Positions 24,627 through 35,512 of a DNA stretch of 64,000 nt are shown piece by piece; within the stretch, counting starts at the first letter, position 1, and each line of letters starts with the position of its first letter. The notes beneath the pieces are model-generated. The model saw only the letters and a list, made by a program, of their open reading frames with translations. It ran no database searches and was not told the origin of the DNA. The DNA comes from an uncultured delta proteobacterium (GTDB lineage Bacteria > Desulfobacterota > WTBG01 > CAIYCZ01 > CAIRTM01): the NCBI GenBank assembly GCA_963804955.1, contig CAWDSQ010000032.1:64001-128000 (forward strand), given 5' to 3'. The position numbers and the translations under genes are program-made.

Positions 24627-24629
24627 ATA

Positions 24630-25650
24630 TCAATCAAGTGACCGTGATAATTCTTTAAGATCGGCAAGCTTGCGCATGGCCCGTCCGCTGTCGATGACGT
24701 CTGCCGCAATGACTGCGCCTTCGCGCATAGTAGCGGCGCGGCCGCCTGCCATAAGCGCAGCGCCTGCATTTAAAAGCACCAGATCGCGGCATGGACCGGG
24801 CTTGCCTTTAAATATATCGACAATAATGGCTGCATTTTCCTGCGCATCTCCTCCCCGGACAGCATCTAGAGGAGCACGGGCAAGCCCGGCATCCTCAGGC
24901 CGCAGCACGGTAGGAAACCGTGCCTGCCGGGCTCAGATCATATACCTGGGTTTCAGCAGACAGCGACAGTTCATCAAGTCCGTCCATGCCATGCACAATG
25001 AGCGCGCGCTTCCTGCCCAGCCGTTCAAGAACGCCGGCAAAAACAGCAGCAAGCTTGCAGGTCATATACGCCGATGAGCTGTATGTCGGCATCAGCCGGA
25101 TTGGTGAGCGGACCGAGCATATTGAATATGGTCCGGATGCCGATCTCGCGGCGCACCGGAGTAGCATATTTCATGGCAAGATGAAACTTCGGGGCAAAAA
25201 GAAAACCCATGCCGATTTCATCGATACAGCGGCCGACGCTCTCGGGCGTGAGGTCAATGGTGACGCCGAGCTTTTCCATGACATCCGCGCTGCCCGACCT
25301 GCTTGAAACCGAACGGTTTCCGTGTTTGGCCACTGTCAGGCCTGCGCCGCAGGCCACAAATGCTGCAGCAGTTGATATGTTAAATGTATTGGCTCCATCA
25401 CCGCCCGTGCCGACAATATCAACCAGTCCGGCCCTGTTTTTAACAGGCACACTGAGCGCCTTGCGCCGCATGACCCGTGCGGCTGCGGTAATTTCCTCAG
25501 CAGTTTCGCCTTTCAGGCGCAAAGCCGTGAGAAAGCAGGCAATCTGGGCATCGGTGCATGCCCCTTCCATTATTTCATTCATGGCTGCCGTCATCTCATC
25601 CTCAGTCAGAGGCAGATGATCGACCACCTTTTTAATAGCGTCGATTATCA
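24630..25650 (-). CDS. trpD: Anthranilate phosphoribosyltransferase, frameshifted
   Basis: [42 protein letters not shown]. Confidence 0.95.
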
Positions 25651-25900
25651 TAACCAGTTTCCTGTTTATATGAAGTGTTATTAATTTAACTGTAATTAGC
25701 TGAAATGTCAAAACATTTTCAATCACTGCAGCTGCAGAACCGAAACGGGCTGTTCAAAAAACAGGGTCCATTGCCTGAACCCTGTTTTTTAGCTGGCTTC
25801 GAATGCAGGAATACTCTATCAGCCGACAGGCCCGTCGCAAGCATCAGGCGACGGCAAACCGAATGTTTATATGAATCTGTACGGAATGGGGATGGGGCAG

Positions 25901-26056
25901 AGAGCATTTTTCTAAATACTGTACTTCATAAAAATCACCTATCAAAATGCAGGCTCTATCCGTTCGCTTTGAATCCTGTGCGTGACGAAGGGGCAATGGC
26001 CGAATGGTCGAAAGTCAGCTTTCCGTTCACGATTCGACAAGCTCACCACGAACGGA
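25901..26056. repeat. MITE-like end plus REP-like palindrome (CCGTTCG family)
   Basis: 23-bp AGAGCATTTTTCTAAATACTGTA identical to 51631; ATCCGTTCG...TTCGACAAGCTCACCACGAACGGA. Confidence 0.65.
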
Positions 26057-26169
26057 CTTACCATGCATGTACAATACGGCCACAAAATAAAAAAAACGCT
26101 CTACGTACAGCGCCACATAAAAAATGGGGCCATATTTTTTATGTACACAAAAAAAACATGCCTTTTTTA

Positions 26170-26250
26170 TCCCCCTTCGAAAAAGGGGGCTACAGGGGGA
26201 TTTTTTGTATTCTGCATAAATCCCCCTGACCCTCTTTACTAAAGGGGGAA
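26170..26250. repeat. REP-like inverted pair (CCCCCTT...AAGGGGG type)
   Basis: TCCCCCTTCGAAAAGGGGGCTACAGGGGGATTT facing AAATCCCCCTGACCCTCTTTACTAAAGGGGGA. Confidence 0.6.
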
Positions 26251-26454
26251 TTTTTTGCCCGCCCTTTTGTGTGGAGCTGTACTGAGTTAAAAAAAGCGTG
26301 TTTGAGTTGCCTTCTTGAGGACCCATCGCCATGGGCAATGGGTTTCGAAAGACAATAAATGAGGACACAAGGCGGTAGATAGAGAAGGTAAAACCCTTTT
26401 CTTACTTAACGGCAATCTTTCCTGCCAACATGCAAACGGTGCTGGTTGGAGTTG

Positions 26455-26634
26455 TCAGGACAGGGCAAGAACACTACAGCCGGGCCCCCTGTTACACTTC
26501 TTTTTACTGAATGGGCCTGCAGCGCCTGCATTTTTGCAAACAGTTAGCACCGCCTCCTCCGGGTTGCTGCGCACCAGCACAATCAGTTCCGGCTTCTGCC
26601 ACGGTTTTTTATGATTCAGGCTTGTTTTATCCAT
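26455..26634 (-). CDS. Small Cys-containing peptide, RiPP-precursor-like
   Basis: MDKTSLNHKKPWQKPELIVLVRSNPEEAVLTVCKNAGAAGPFSKKKCNRGPGCSVLALS; W.KP.L leader motif and three Cys in the C-terminal half. Confidence 0.6.
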   Translation of the reverse strand: MDKTSLNHKKPWQKPELIVLVRSNPEEAVLTVCKNAGAAGPFSKKKCNRGPGCSVLALS

Positions 26635-26804
26635 ATCGCCCCCGTTTTTCCGGTTTTGCTGGAATAACCCAACCTCCAGAATACGTACTTTCCGTTCCGC
26701 CGCTACATGCAAAACCTGGATTCCGGCATCGGCCGGCTTGACGAACAAGAAACCTTGCCGGACTTTTTGTACGCTCTGTTGTTTCGGCCAATGGCAAAAA
26801 AATT

Positions 26805-28923
26805 TCAGTTAGGGTGTTGATCCGAGCAGTGTATAAACTGATCAACATAAAGTAAAACTTTTTTCAACTCAGCAGCAAACAGCGCGGCATGCTGTTCAAC
26901 TGCAGCGCTGTCGCCAGCCTTTATGGCAGCTTCCAGCCCGGCGGCTATCTCCTGGAGACCCTCGGCACCTATCTGCGCGCTCATCCCCTTGGCCGTATGC
27001 GCCTCACGCCGGGCTGTATCACTATCACCCTGCCGGAAGTGCTCAACGATGGCTTCAGGTGCAGGAATATTTTTTTTATATATTTTTAATATTTTAATAT
27101 ACAGATCAAGATTGCCGTCAATACGGCCTAAGGCAGAGGCTGAATTAATTCCATGCGGTAGAGTCATCTCAGGACCTTTCATTGCTGTGGATAGCGCGTT
27201 GATCCGCGCCGCGTCCTCTGACGGCTCCCGGTGCTGCTGCACCAGCCGGGCAAGCACGGCAAGCATATCAAAGGCATTAATCGGCTTTGTAAGATGATCA
27301 TCCATGCCGGCATCAATGCTCATGGCATACTCATGCCGCATGGCATGCGCCGTCATGGCTATAATGGGAAGTCGTTTTTTCCGGTTCACCTTTATTTCCC
27401 ACTCCCGCATGCTCATGGTTGCCGTGTAGCCGTCCATAAGGGGCATTTGAACATCCATCAGCACAGCGTCAAAGTGAGCCTCTTTCATTGCCGCAAGCGC
27501 CTCGATCCCATTGGCGGCATAGCTGACCAGAACGCCTGCTCCCGTCAGTATCTCTCCGGCCACCAGACGGTTCAGTTCATTGTCCTCGACAACAAGAACA
27601 CGGGCGCCTCTCAGTACAGCAGCCGGAACCTGCGGCGCCGCGGTCTGCTGCGGCGGCGCTGCTCCGTGCGCGTTCAGCCCCAGAGCATTTTGTACGGCGG
27701 TAAACAGCATTGCCAGGGTAAAGGGCTTTTCAAGCAACTCCGGCAACCCTCAACTCCCCGGCTGCGGATTTCATGTCATCATAGCCATATCCGGTTATCA
27801 TAAGTATCCGCGGACAGGCTGCGCCGCCATGGCTCCTGATCTTTTCAGCAAGTTCAAGGCCGTCCATGCCGGGCATTTTCCAATCAAGTATGGCAAGATC
27901 ATACCATGCATTTTCAGGAGCGCCAGCGAGTTTTTCCATACAGGCAGCGCCGGAGTCTACGGTGTCGACCATGAGGCCCATGATTTCAAGCATATTCCCG
28001 ACGACCTCCCGAACCGTTTCACTGTCATCGGCCACAAGCACCCGCCTGCCCCGCAATCCGGTATCCGGCTGCGTAAGGCCTCTATCGTCTGCAGCGCTCA
28101 GCCCGAACCGTATGGTAAACTGAAAAACGCTTCCCCTGCCCGGTTCGCTCTCAACGGTAAGTTGCCCGCCCATAAGTTCAACCAGGCGCTTGCTGATAGC
28201 AAGTCCGAGCCCCGTACCCCCGAACTGGCGCGTCATGGTGCTGTCGGCCTGTGTAAAAGGTTCAAACAGCCTTTTTTGATCTTCATCATGTATGCCGATT
28301 CCCGTATCCTTCACAGCAAAGCACAGTTCAACAGACGACTCATCTTCATGCACGGGATACACCGAGATAATAACGTCACCCTTCATGGTGAATTTCAGCG
28401 CATTGCCGGCCAGGTTTACCAGAACCTGCTGCAGCCGGACCGGATCGCCATTGAGAACATGCGGAGTTGTAAAACTCACATCAAACAAGAGCTCAATATT
28501 TTTCTCCTGTGCCCTGATCGCAAGAATGCTGGTGATGTTATCAAAAACCGATGCCAGGGTAAAAGAGCTCCTGTGGAGTTCAAGCTTGCCCGCTTCAATT
28601 TTTGAAAAATCAAGTATGTCGTTAATAATAGTCAGCAGAGACTGGGCGGATTTGTCAAGTTTATGCAAATAGTCCTTTTGCCGCGGCGTCAGAGCTGTCT
28701 GCTGTGCAAGATGCGAAAGTCCGATAATGGCATTCATGGGGGTGCGTATTTCATGGCTCATATTGGCAAGAAATTCGCTCTTGGCTGCATTGGCACGCTC
28801 AGCCTGAAGCGCCATCTCCCGGGCATACACCGTTGCCTCCTGAAGGGTACGGTTCATCTGCCTGAGTTCTTCTTCAGCATGCCGGCGTACGCTAATCTCC
28901 TGTATCAGATCTTTGGTTCGCAT
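26805..28923 (-). CDS. Hybrid histidine kinase (HisKA-HATPase-REC-REC-Hpt); frameshift near 27740; true start may lie near 29159
   Basis: [35 protein letters not shown], two receiver domains (DWKMP, MDVQMP), Hpt AHTAKGMS. Confidence 0.9.
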
Positions 28924-29205
28924 ATCATGATATCCTCCAAGCGACGTTCGTACAGTTCAACGCTGAGACATAATCAGCCTTTGCCGTGCAGCCTTTTCTG
29001 GCTGCGCCCGTAATAAATCACACCGGTCCGTACAAACAGGGCTTCCATGGACAGGATGCACTGCAGCAGTGCCGGGCGCTTGCGCAGCTGATAGCGCAGC
29101 GTCATAATTCTGTTGAGAATAACATGATTCATCCTGTTGCGAGTTTCTCTGATATCCATATCAGCCGCCTTTTCCACTGCCGGACAGCAGCATGCCCACA
29201 GAATC

Positions 29206-29436
29206 TTAATGGCGCGTCGGGGTTCGCTGCTTTGCATTCAGAACGAACTTTTTATACCCCTCGGTATACAGCTTTTCCGCACAGCCGGGACAAATGCCCT
29301 GCGTAAAGTGGGCCTCCGGGTGTTCATGTATATATTTTTCAACATTCTGCCAGTAACCATCATCATTGCGGATTTTCTTGCACGACGAACAGGCCGGCAG
29401 CAGGCCTTTCACTGGTAATATGCTTTCAATGGGCAT
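29206..29436 (-). CDS. Stand-alone Cys-rich domain (CxxCKKIR..GYW...GICPxC)
   Basis: GLLPACSSCKKIRNDDGYWQNVEKYIHEHPEAHFTQGICPGC; GAGG RBS. Confidence 0.75.
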   Translation of the reverse strand: MPIESILPVKGLLPACSSCKKIRNDDGYWQNVEKYIHEHPEAHFTQGICPGCAEKLYTEGYKKFVLNAKQRTPTRH

Positions 29437-29770
29437 CTGAAGTTCCTCTAATGAATTTCTTTACTTATTTTATTTACAACTAACATGCCAATGTGAAATA
29501 AAAAAATAATTAAATTAATTATAACTTTTTTTAGTATTAAATATTATTTTTTAAAATTTAAAAACCCAAAAAAAGTATGACGCTAGTGAATGATACACAA
29601 TAGAACTGTACATTAGTGTAACAATTCATGGAGACTTATGTTTACTAAACTGCAGGCAAAGACGGAATCAATGGGGTTATTTATGAGGGCATATTTTGCG
29701 GAGGCTATCCCGGGGGCTTCAATTACACATTAGAGCATGTAACATTTTTTTATAGCCGCTACATAAAGAC

Positions 29771-29873
29771 GTTCGTGGTGAGTCCTGAGCCTGACGAAAG
29801 GTCGAACCATGAACGTCTTGTATTGCAGACATGTATCCGTTCCACCCTTCGACTGGCTCAGGACGAACGGATA
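29771..29873. repeat. REP-like palindrome (CCGTTCG family)
   Basis: GTTCGTGGTGAG...GTCGAACCATGAACG...CCTTCGACTGGCTCAGGACGAACGG. Confidence 0.65.
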
Positions 29874-30236
29874 AAGGGTTCGTTGTAAAATATTTATGCA
29901 GGCTACATGATCAGACTCAAAGATTTCCCGCTGCGCTTCGAAATAACAATTCGCCTATTGAATTTAGAAAAAATTCCACTATCAGCCGTATTCGGGATCA
30001 GCATGCCGTATCATTGAATCAAAAGGCAGGGTGGATTTGCCGCAGGAAGAGTCTGATGATTGTATCTAATGCCCCCTCTTCCAAAGTGTGTCGTGCAAGC
30101 AAGGCAGGATTCGGCTTAAGATGACAGGTTCGAGGCAGGCGCATAAACCTGCTGGCCGAAAAAAAAACTCGAAGCGTTTACGGCAAGGGGGGTGGCAATC
30201 TATCTGTACTGCACAGCCTCCTGATGAGGGATTGCA

Positions 30237-30437
30237 TCATGTCTTTGTTTTTCGAAGCTCTTTGGCGTTGTCTATTGTTTCAAATTTTTTGCGAAGATTC
30301 TCAATATCCTTATCTATGACCTTTCTGTCAAAATCACGGTCAAGCTTTTTATAGCTTTTGTAGAGAGGCAGAAAAATTTTAGTAAAAACAGGGTCTTCGA
30401 AAAAAGCCGGGTCTCCTTGCCGATTATTGTTTTCCAT
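30237..30437 (-). CDS. Small hypothetical protein
   Basis: GAGGAG RBS before MENNNRQG; charged helical sequence. Confidence 0.5.
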   Translation of the reverse strand: MENNNRQGDPAFFEDPVFTKIFLPLYKSYKKLDRDFDRKVIDKDIENLRKKFETIDNAKELRKTKT

Positions 30438-30543
30438 CACTGTTTCTCCTCGCAATCATGATACATTCAAAATCCGCCGTCACCGTAAGCTTCAAGTCAG
30501 ATCACGGCTGCTGTCTGCAGGAACGGCTCAGGTGCCTGAGCTG

Positions 30544-31572
30544 TCATGAACTGCAGGCAATGCTGCGATACACCTTTTCATATTTATCAATCTCTTGCAA
30601 CTCAGAAAAAGTCGCCGCCGATTGCCGGGCAGCAGCGCTCAAAGCCTGCCTGTAGCCTGCATCGGCGGCAAGCCGGCAGGCTGCATCAATAAAAGAGTCC
30701 CGCGATGCAAGTGATGCCAGCAGGCCCGTTCTGCCCTGCTGGACAAGCGCCCGGTTGCCCGGCGCATCGCTTGCCAGCACCGGCAGCCCCTCTGCCATGG
30801 CTTCAAGCATAGCGCCGGCCATCCCCTCATGCAGCGAAACATTTACAAAAATATCGGCTGCTGCCATAAGATCGCGCACCGCATCATGAGCGAGTTCACC
30901 AATATAGGAAAAACCCTCTACAGCCCTGCCCTTTTCAAAAATGCGTGATGCTTCAGCCTTGTCGATAACCGGCCCGGCAAGCAGCAGCCGGGCGGCGGGG
31001 CAGCGCTTGCGCACTGCGGCAAAAAAATCAAGGGCAAAACAGATATTTTTTACCGGCCGCAGGCCGGCGGCCATAAAAAAAAGAATCTCGCCGCCGGCAA
31101 TACCATAGCGCTGCCGCACTGCGGACCGATCTGCGTTAGTATCCCTCAGATCTATTCCCTGGGCAATGACAAACAGCTTATCGGCAGCCTCAACAAAATG
31201 TTCAGCCACCCAGGCCCTGGCTTCCTCATGAAAAACGACAATGGCTCCGGCAGCGGTAAACTGCCGTGCCAGCATCCCGTATTCGGCGCCATATTCCTGC
31301 GGGCTGTTATAATCCGTGCCCGTCAGGGTCATAACCCACGGGGTGGATATCCGGCTGAAAAGCTCTTCAAGCCATCGGGCGGGCTTAATGGCATGCAGGC
31401 TGTGCACGATATCAGGAGAAAAGCCTGCGGCGCTTTCTACGGTAGCAGCCTCGATCCCGCACAGAAGCACCTCGTGGCCTCGCGAGACAAGCCCCTGCCG
31501 CAGGCGCTCTGCCAGCAGGCTGTTGCCGCAGGAAAAGGGAAAGGTGTGGGGGGTGACAAGTGCTATACGCAT
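30544..31572 (-). CDS. GT4 glycosyltransferase (GLT1D1/SenB-like N-terminal motifs)
   Basis: MRIALVTP..GN...R, SLHAIK, LTGTD, GLRPVKN, SLHEGMAGAMLEAMAEGLPV. Confidence 0.85.
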   Translation of the reverse strand: MRIALVTPHTFPFSCGNSLLAERLRQGLVSRGHEVLLCGIEAATVESAAGFSPDIVHSLHAIKPARWLEELFSRISTPWVMTLTGTDYNSPQEYGAEYGMLARQFTAAGAIVVFHEEARAWVAEHFVEAADKLFVIAQGIDLRDTNADRSAVRQRYGIAGGEILFFMAAGLRPVKNICFALDFFAAVRKRCPAARLLLAGPVIDKAEASRIFEKGRAVEGFSYIGELAHDAVRDLMAAADIFVNVSLHEGMAGAMLEAMAEGLPVLASDAPGNRALVQQGRTGLLASLASRDSFIDAACRLAADAGYRQALSAAARQSAATFSELQEIDKYEKVYRSIACSS

Positions 31573-32399
31573 GGTAAATCGCTGAAAGAAATTAATGAAA
31601 TAGTGTTGTTCCTGACTGCCTTCAGTACAGCATCAGCAGTCAGTGCTGCCAGCTCGAGCTCCCGCTCGGCTGTTGAAAAAGCATTGTGCCTGTCGGCATA
31701 GCCCGGATGACACATAAGCTCCGTGGTTCCGGCCGGCAGGCGGACGAGAAACCGGGCAAGTGACTGCGCGCTGCGCATATCGGGCACCTGCAGGCCGGCA
31801 CAGCGGTCGGGGAAGCACAGCCCGGCGGATGCGGAAAACAGCGCGGGAACGCAGCGCCAGCAGACTGATAAAAATTTTTTTTACAACACCCCGCCCGGCC
31901 TGCCGCAGAGACCACCAGCAGCGGTTCCCGGGGCAGGCGGATGCGCCTGATGCCGCAGCGCTGTGCCGCGCGGGCAGCCGCTTGTGCAATGCCGGGAAAA
32001 ACATGCAGGTGGTTGTTACTGTCGACATGATCAGGCTCTATGCCCGCAGACTGCAAAGCCTCGATCTGAGCTATAAACTCGCTCTCTACCTCACGCGGGT
32101 CAAACCTTCCGGCAACAGCCCTGCGCCAGGCCTCATGCTTCGAAAAAAAACAGCCGTCCTGACCGGCAAGGCTGTAGTGTGATTTTGCAGACAGGACGGC
32201 CTTTTGTCAAGTTAAGATGAACGCCGATGCGCCTGCCGAATATGTCTTGAAGCCCGCGCAGCGCGCCTTCGGGCCAGGGAGCATTGGCAAGCACCGTTGT
32301 GCTGGTCACAATACCCCGGGCTGCGGCCTCGAGAATTCCGCGATTGCGGCCTTCATCGGTATTGTAATCATCAGCATTGACAATCAGCTGCCTGCTCAT
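31563..32399 (-). CDS. YdjC/ChbG/HpnK family carbohydrate deacetylase, frameshifted
   Basis: LIVNADDY, GVHLNLTKG, HVDSNNHLHVFP, ELMCHPG. Confidence 0.88.
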
Positions 32400-33334
32400 C
32401 TGCCATGGCCCTGCGATAGTGCATAGTCAAAAAAAGGAATATACTTCAGCGCCTGTTTGTCCCAGGTCCAGTCCTGCTCGATAACCTCCCGCGCATGTGC
32501 TGCCATGGCGGCCCGGAGATCGGGCCTGTCGCGCAATGCCGTCACAGCCTCCTGTATGGCCTCAATGCTGCGGTCGATGAGAAGGCCGTTATGGCCATGG
32601 CGTATGAGGTCGGGGGCAATCCCCACCCTGGTCGAGACAATGGGTATACCGCAGGCCGAGGCCTCAAGCAGGCTGTGCGGCCCTCCTTCAACGCGGCTTG
32701 TGCAGATGCAGGCGTCAAGGCCCTGATAAAATCCGACCATCTCTGCCTGCGTCCGCCACCTGTCTTCGCGGGCTGCAAGCCGAAGCTCAACACCGGGAAG
32801 CGCCTGAACAGCAGGAATCAGCAAATCATCAAGGCCACGCTTGGCCGGATGGTTGGTCCTTGACCCTGCCCAGCCAAGAACGAGGCTGCCGCAGGGCGAT
32901 GAAAACCGGCCATGCGGGCCGCGGCATAAAAACGGTTTCATCAACGCCGTGGGGCGTATAAAAGACCGCCGGGTGCAGGGGGGCAAAAATGCCGTGCAGC
33001 ATGCGCGACGGCACATGCAGTGCGTCAAAGCTATTGAGATACTGAAGAAACTCTGCCGATGGCGGCAGGCCGCAGCCGCCGTCCCATTTGCTGTGGCAGC
33101 GCACGCCGATGACCGAGGGCCGCGGCGCCACGATGTCGATGCCGGCATCCTGAAACTGCCGCTCATAGCAGATATAGACAAGATCATAATCGCGGCGGTT
33201 TACAGCCTCAACCGCCGTGCTGTTGAAGGCCTTGCGAAAATCATACCTGCCGGAAAGCCGCGCATGACATTGTCTGCCGTGCGCTCAAGCGCCCAGCCGG
33301 GCACATCAACAATGACAAGTATTCGTGGTTTCAT
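32396..33334 (-). CDS. GT4 glycosyltransferase, frameshifted near the 5' end
   Basis: MKPRILVIVDVPGWA...; GWAGS, CTSRVEGGPHSLLEASACGIPIVSTRVG. Confidence 0.8.
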
Positions 33335-33401
33335 ACAGGCCTGCAACAAAAAAAAGGAGACGTTTCCGCCTCCTTTTAATCAATCACTATCGGGCAACTG
33401 T

Positions 33402-33863
33402 TTACTGAACAATAATCTTGCCTTTAAACTCTTTGATATTCTCGCGCAGCTGAGAAATGGCGCCGCTGCCGGGGGCCTTGCGCAGCACATAGTTGAACTC
33501 GCCCTTCTCCACAAAGCACAGGCTTGCAACTGAATCCTGGGGGATACGGTCGGAAATAAAAGAGCCGTCTTCATCAATCAGGAAATGGACGGGGCTTTTG
33601 CAGGCCAGCGTTACCTGCTTGCCTTCGAATTTCAGCTCAAGCTGAGAACGGGAATTATTGACCCACACAACCGTGGTGCCGGGCTTAACAGTAACTTCAG
33701 CAGGGCTGATGCCGCCCAGTACATCCAGACGAATTATCTTTGTTTCCTTAATATTCTGGTCGGCCACGATCTTGCTGTCTTTTGCCTCGCCTGCTGCCCA
33801 GGCGGAGGTCATAGCAAAGCACAGTGCAAGAACAAGTGCTGCAAGGATTTTTGCTGTCTTCAT
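33402..33863 (-). CDS. Secreted cupredoxin-fold-like protein
   Basis: Signal peptide (AWA); ISPAEVTVKPGTTVVWVN, F.EKGEFNY, C-terminal KGKIIVQ. Confidence 0.6.
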   Translation of the reverse strand: MKTAKILAALVLALCFAMTSAWAAGEAKDSKIVADQNIKETKIIRLDVLGGISPAEVTVKPGTTVVWVNNSRSQLELKFEGKQVTLACKSPVHFLIDEDGSFISDRIPQDSVASLCFVEKGEFNYVLRKAPGSGAISQLRENIKEFKGKIIVQ

Positions 33864-33955
33864 TTTTCCCTCCTTTAAGGTTATTGTGCTTAGAATTATG
33901 CCGTAGCATATAAAAACAAAAAATAATAGTCAAGGGTATTCATAAAAAAATAAAA

Positions 33956-35475
33956 TTATAGATTCAGCCTTATTTTCCCGGCCTCAGCAGGCCCCGGGCT
34001 GCCTGCAGGATAAAAATGCAGAATCCGCTCCGTCCGGATGCACTGCTCGCAGTCTTCGATAAGGGGCGTTAAAAAAGCCCAGCACAGCTCCTCCGAATCC
34101 TGCCGCAGCGACAGCATCTGATCGCCGTTCAAACAATCTATGAGCACCTTTTCATAGGCCTCAAAACCATCCCCCTTGCCGCTATCATAGCAGAATTCAA
34201 GATCAATGGGCCGAAAGCACATGACAGGACCGGGATTTTTAGCCCGAAAGCTGAGGGTTATTTTTTCCTGCGGCTGAATAGAAAAGGTGAGCCGGTTGGG
34301 CCCGATGGAGGACATCATGCCATTTCTAAACACAGACCTGCTAACATCTCGAAATTGAACGGTAATTTTAGTTTCTTTCTCGCGCATCCGCTTGCCCGAT
34401 GTCAGGTAAAACGGCACGCCCTGCCAGCGCCGGTTATCGACAAAAACCTTCATGCTGGCAAATGTGGGCGTGAGCGACTGCGGATCGACCCCCGGCTCCT
34501 GACGGTAGCCGGGCACCAGATGCTCATCCATTGCGCCTTCCGTATACTGCCCCAGCACGATATGGTCGGTAATGTTTTCGAGAGCAAAAGGCCGGAGCGC
34601 CTTGAAAACAGCAGCCTTTCTGGTGCGCACGGTTTCAGTCTGGAACTGCGCCGGCGGCTCCATGGCAACAAGTGACAAAAGCTGGAGCATATGGTTCTGG
34701 AACATGTCGCGCAGCACGCCTGCTTTTTCATAATAGCCCGCGCGGTGCTCAATGCCCAGCGTCTCCAGCGCGCAGATGTCAATGTACTCAATATATTTTC
34801 TGCTCCAGAGCGGACGGAGTATGGCATTGGCGAAACGGAATGCCAGAATATTCTGCACCGTCTCCTTGGCCAGATAATGATCGATGCGGTAAATCTGGTG
34901 CTCCTGAAAGCAATCGCTGAGTATGCGTCGAGGCGCATGGCAGACTGCAGGTCAGAGCCGAAAGGCTTCTCCACAATGATGCGCCGCCAGGCGCCGGCTG
35001 GCTCGGCGGCAAGGCCTGCCTGCCCGAGAAGCGTTATGACCGTTTCAAATAAAAAGGGCGGCAATGCCAGATAATAGAGGCAATTTGCACCTGTCTTGTG
35101 CGTGCCGCTTATGCGGGAAATGGCCTCAGCAAGGGCATCAAATGATGCCTTCTCCTCATACAGAAGCTGCTGATAATAGAGCTTTTCGGAAAACTCCTGC
35201 CACCGTGACATATCGGCCCCTGCCTGCTCCACGGACTGCTGCAGGCGGCTGCGAAACGCAGGCGAGTCAAGCTGCGTGCGGCTGCAGCCCAGAACGGCGA
35301 AATCACGCGGCAGCGAACCAAGCAGATACAAACGGTACAGTGAAGGGATTATTTTCCGGGTTGTCAGATCTCCCGATGCGCCGAGAATGACGATCAGGCA
35401 GGGATCGGTCGGCGGGTCAAACCTGCAGGCATCTGCCGCAGGCAGGAGTGTTGTGCTGAAAACAGTATCGGTCAT
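33956..35475 (-). CDS. zwf: Glucose-6-phosphate 1-dehydrogenase, frameshift near 34920
   Basis: GASGDL, IVEKPFG, RDMFQNHMLQLL, WQGVPFYLTSGKR. Confidence 0.95.
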
Positions 35476-35512
35476 GCAGAGCCCTCATAAAAAACATTAT
35501 TATTTTTTGACC

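Noticed and set aside
25651..26450. Trp attenuator leader peptide upstream of trpD
   Set aside because: No short minus-strand ORF with tandem Trp codons was found; the hairpins belong to repeat families.
27580..28605. Long antisense ORFs (e.g. 27580-28605, 2805-3662, 46480-47346, 58665-59558, 62514-63383)
   Set aside because: They shadow well-supported genes on the opposite strand and have no recognisable motifs.
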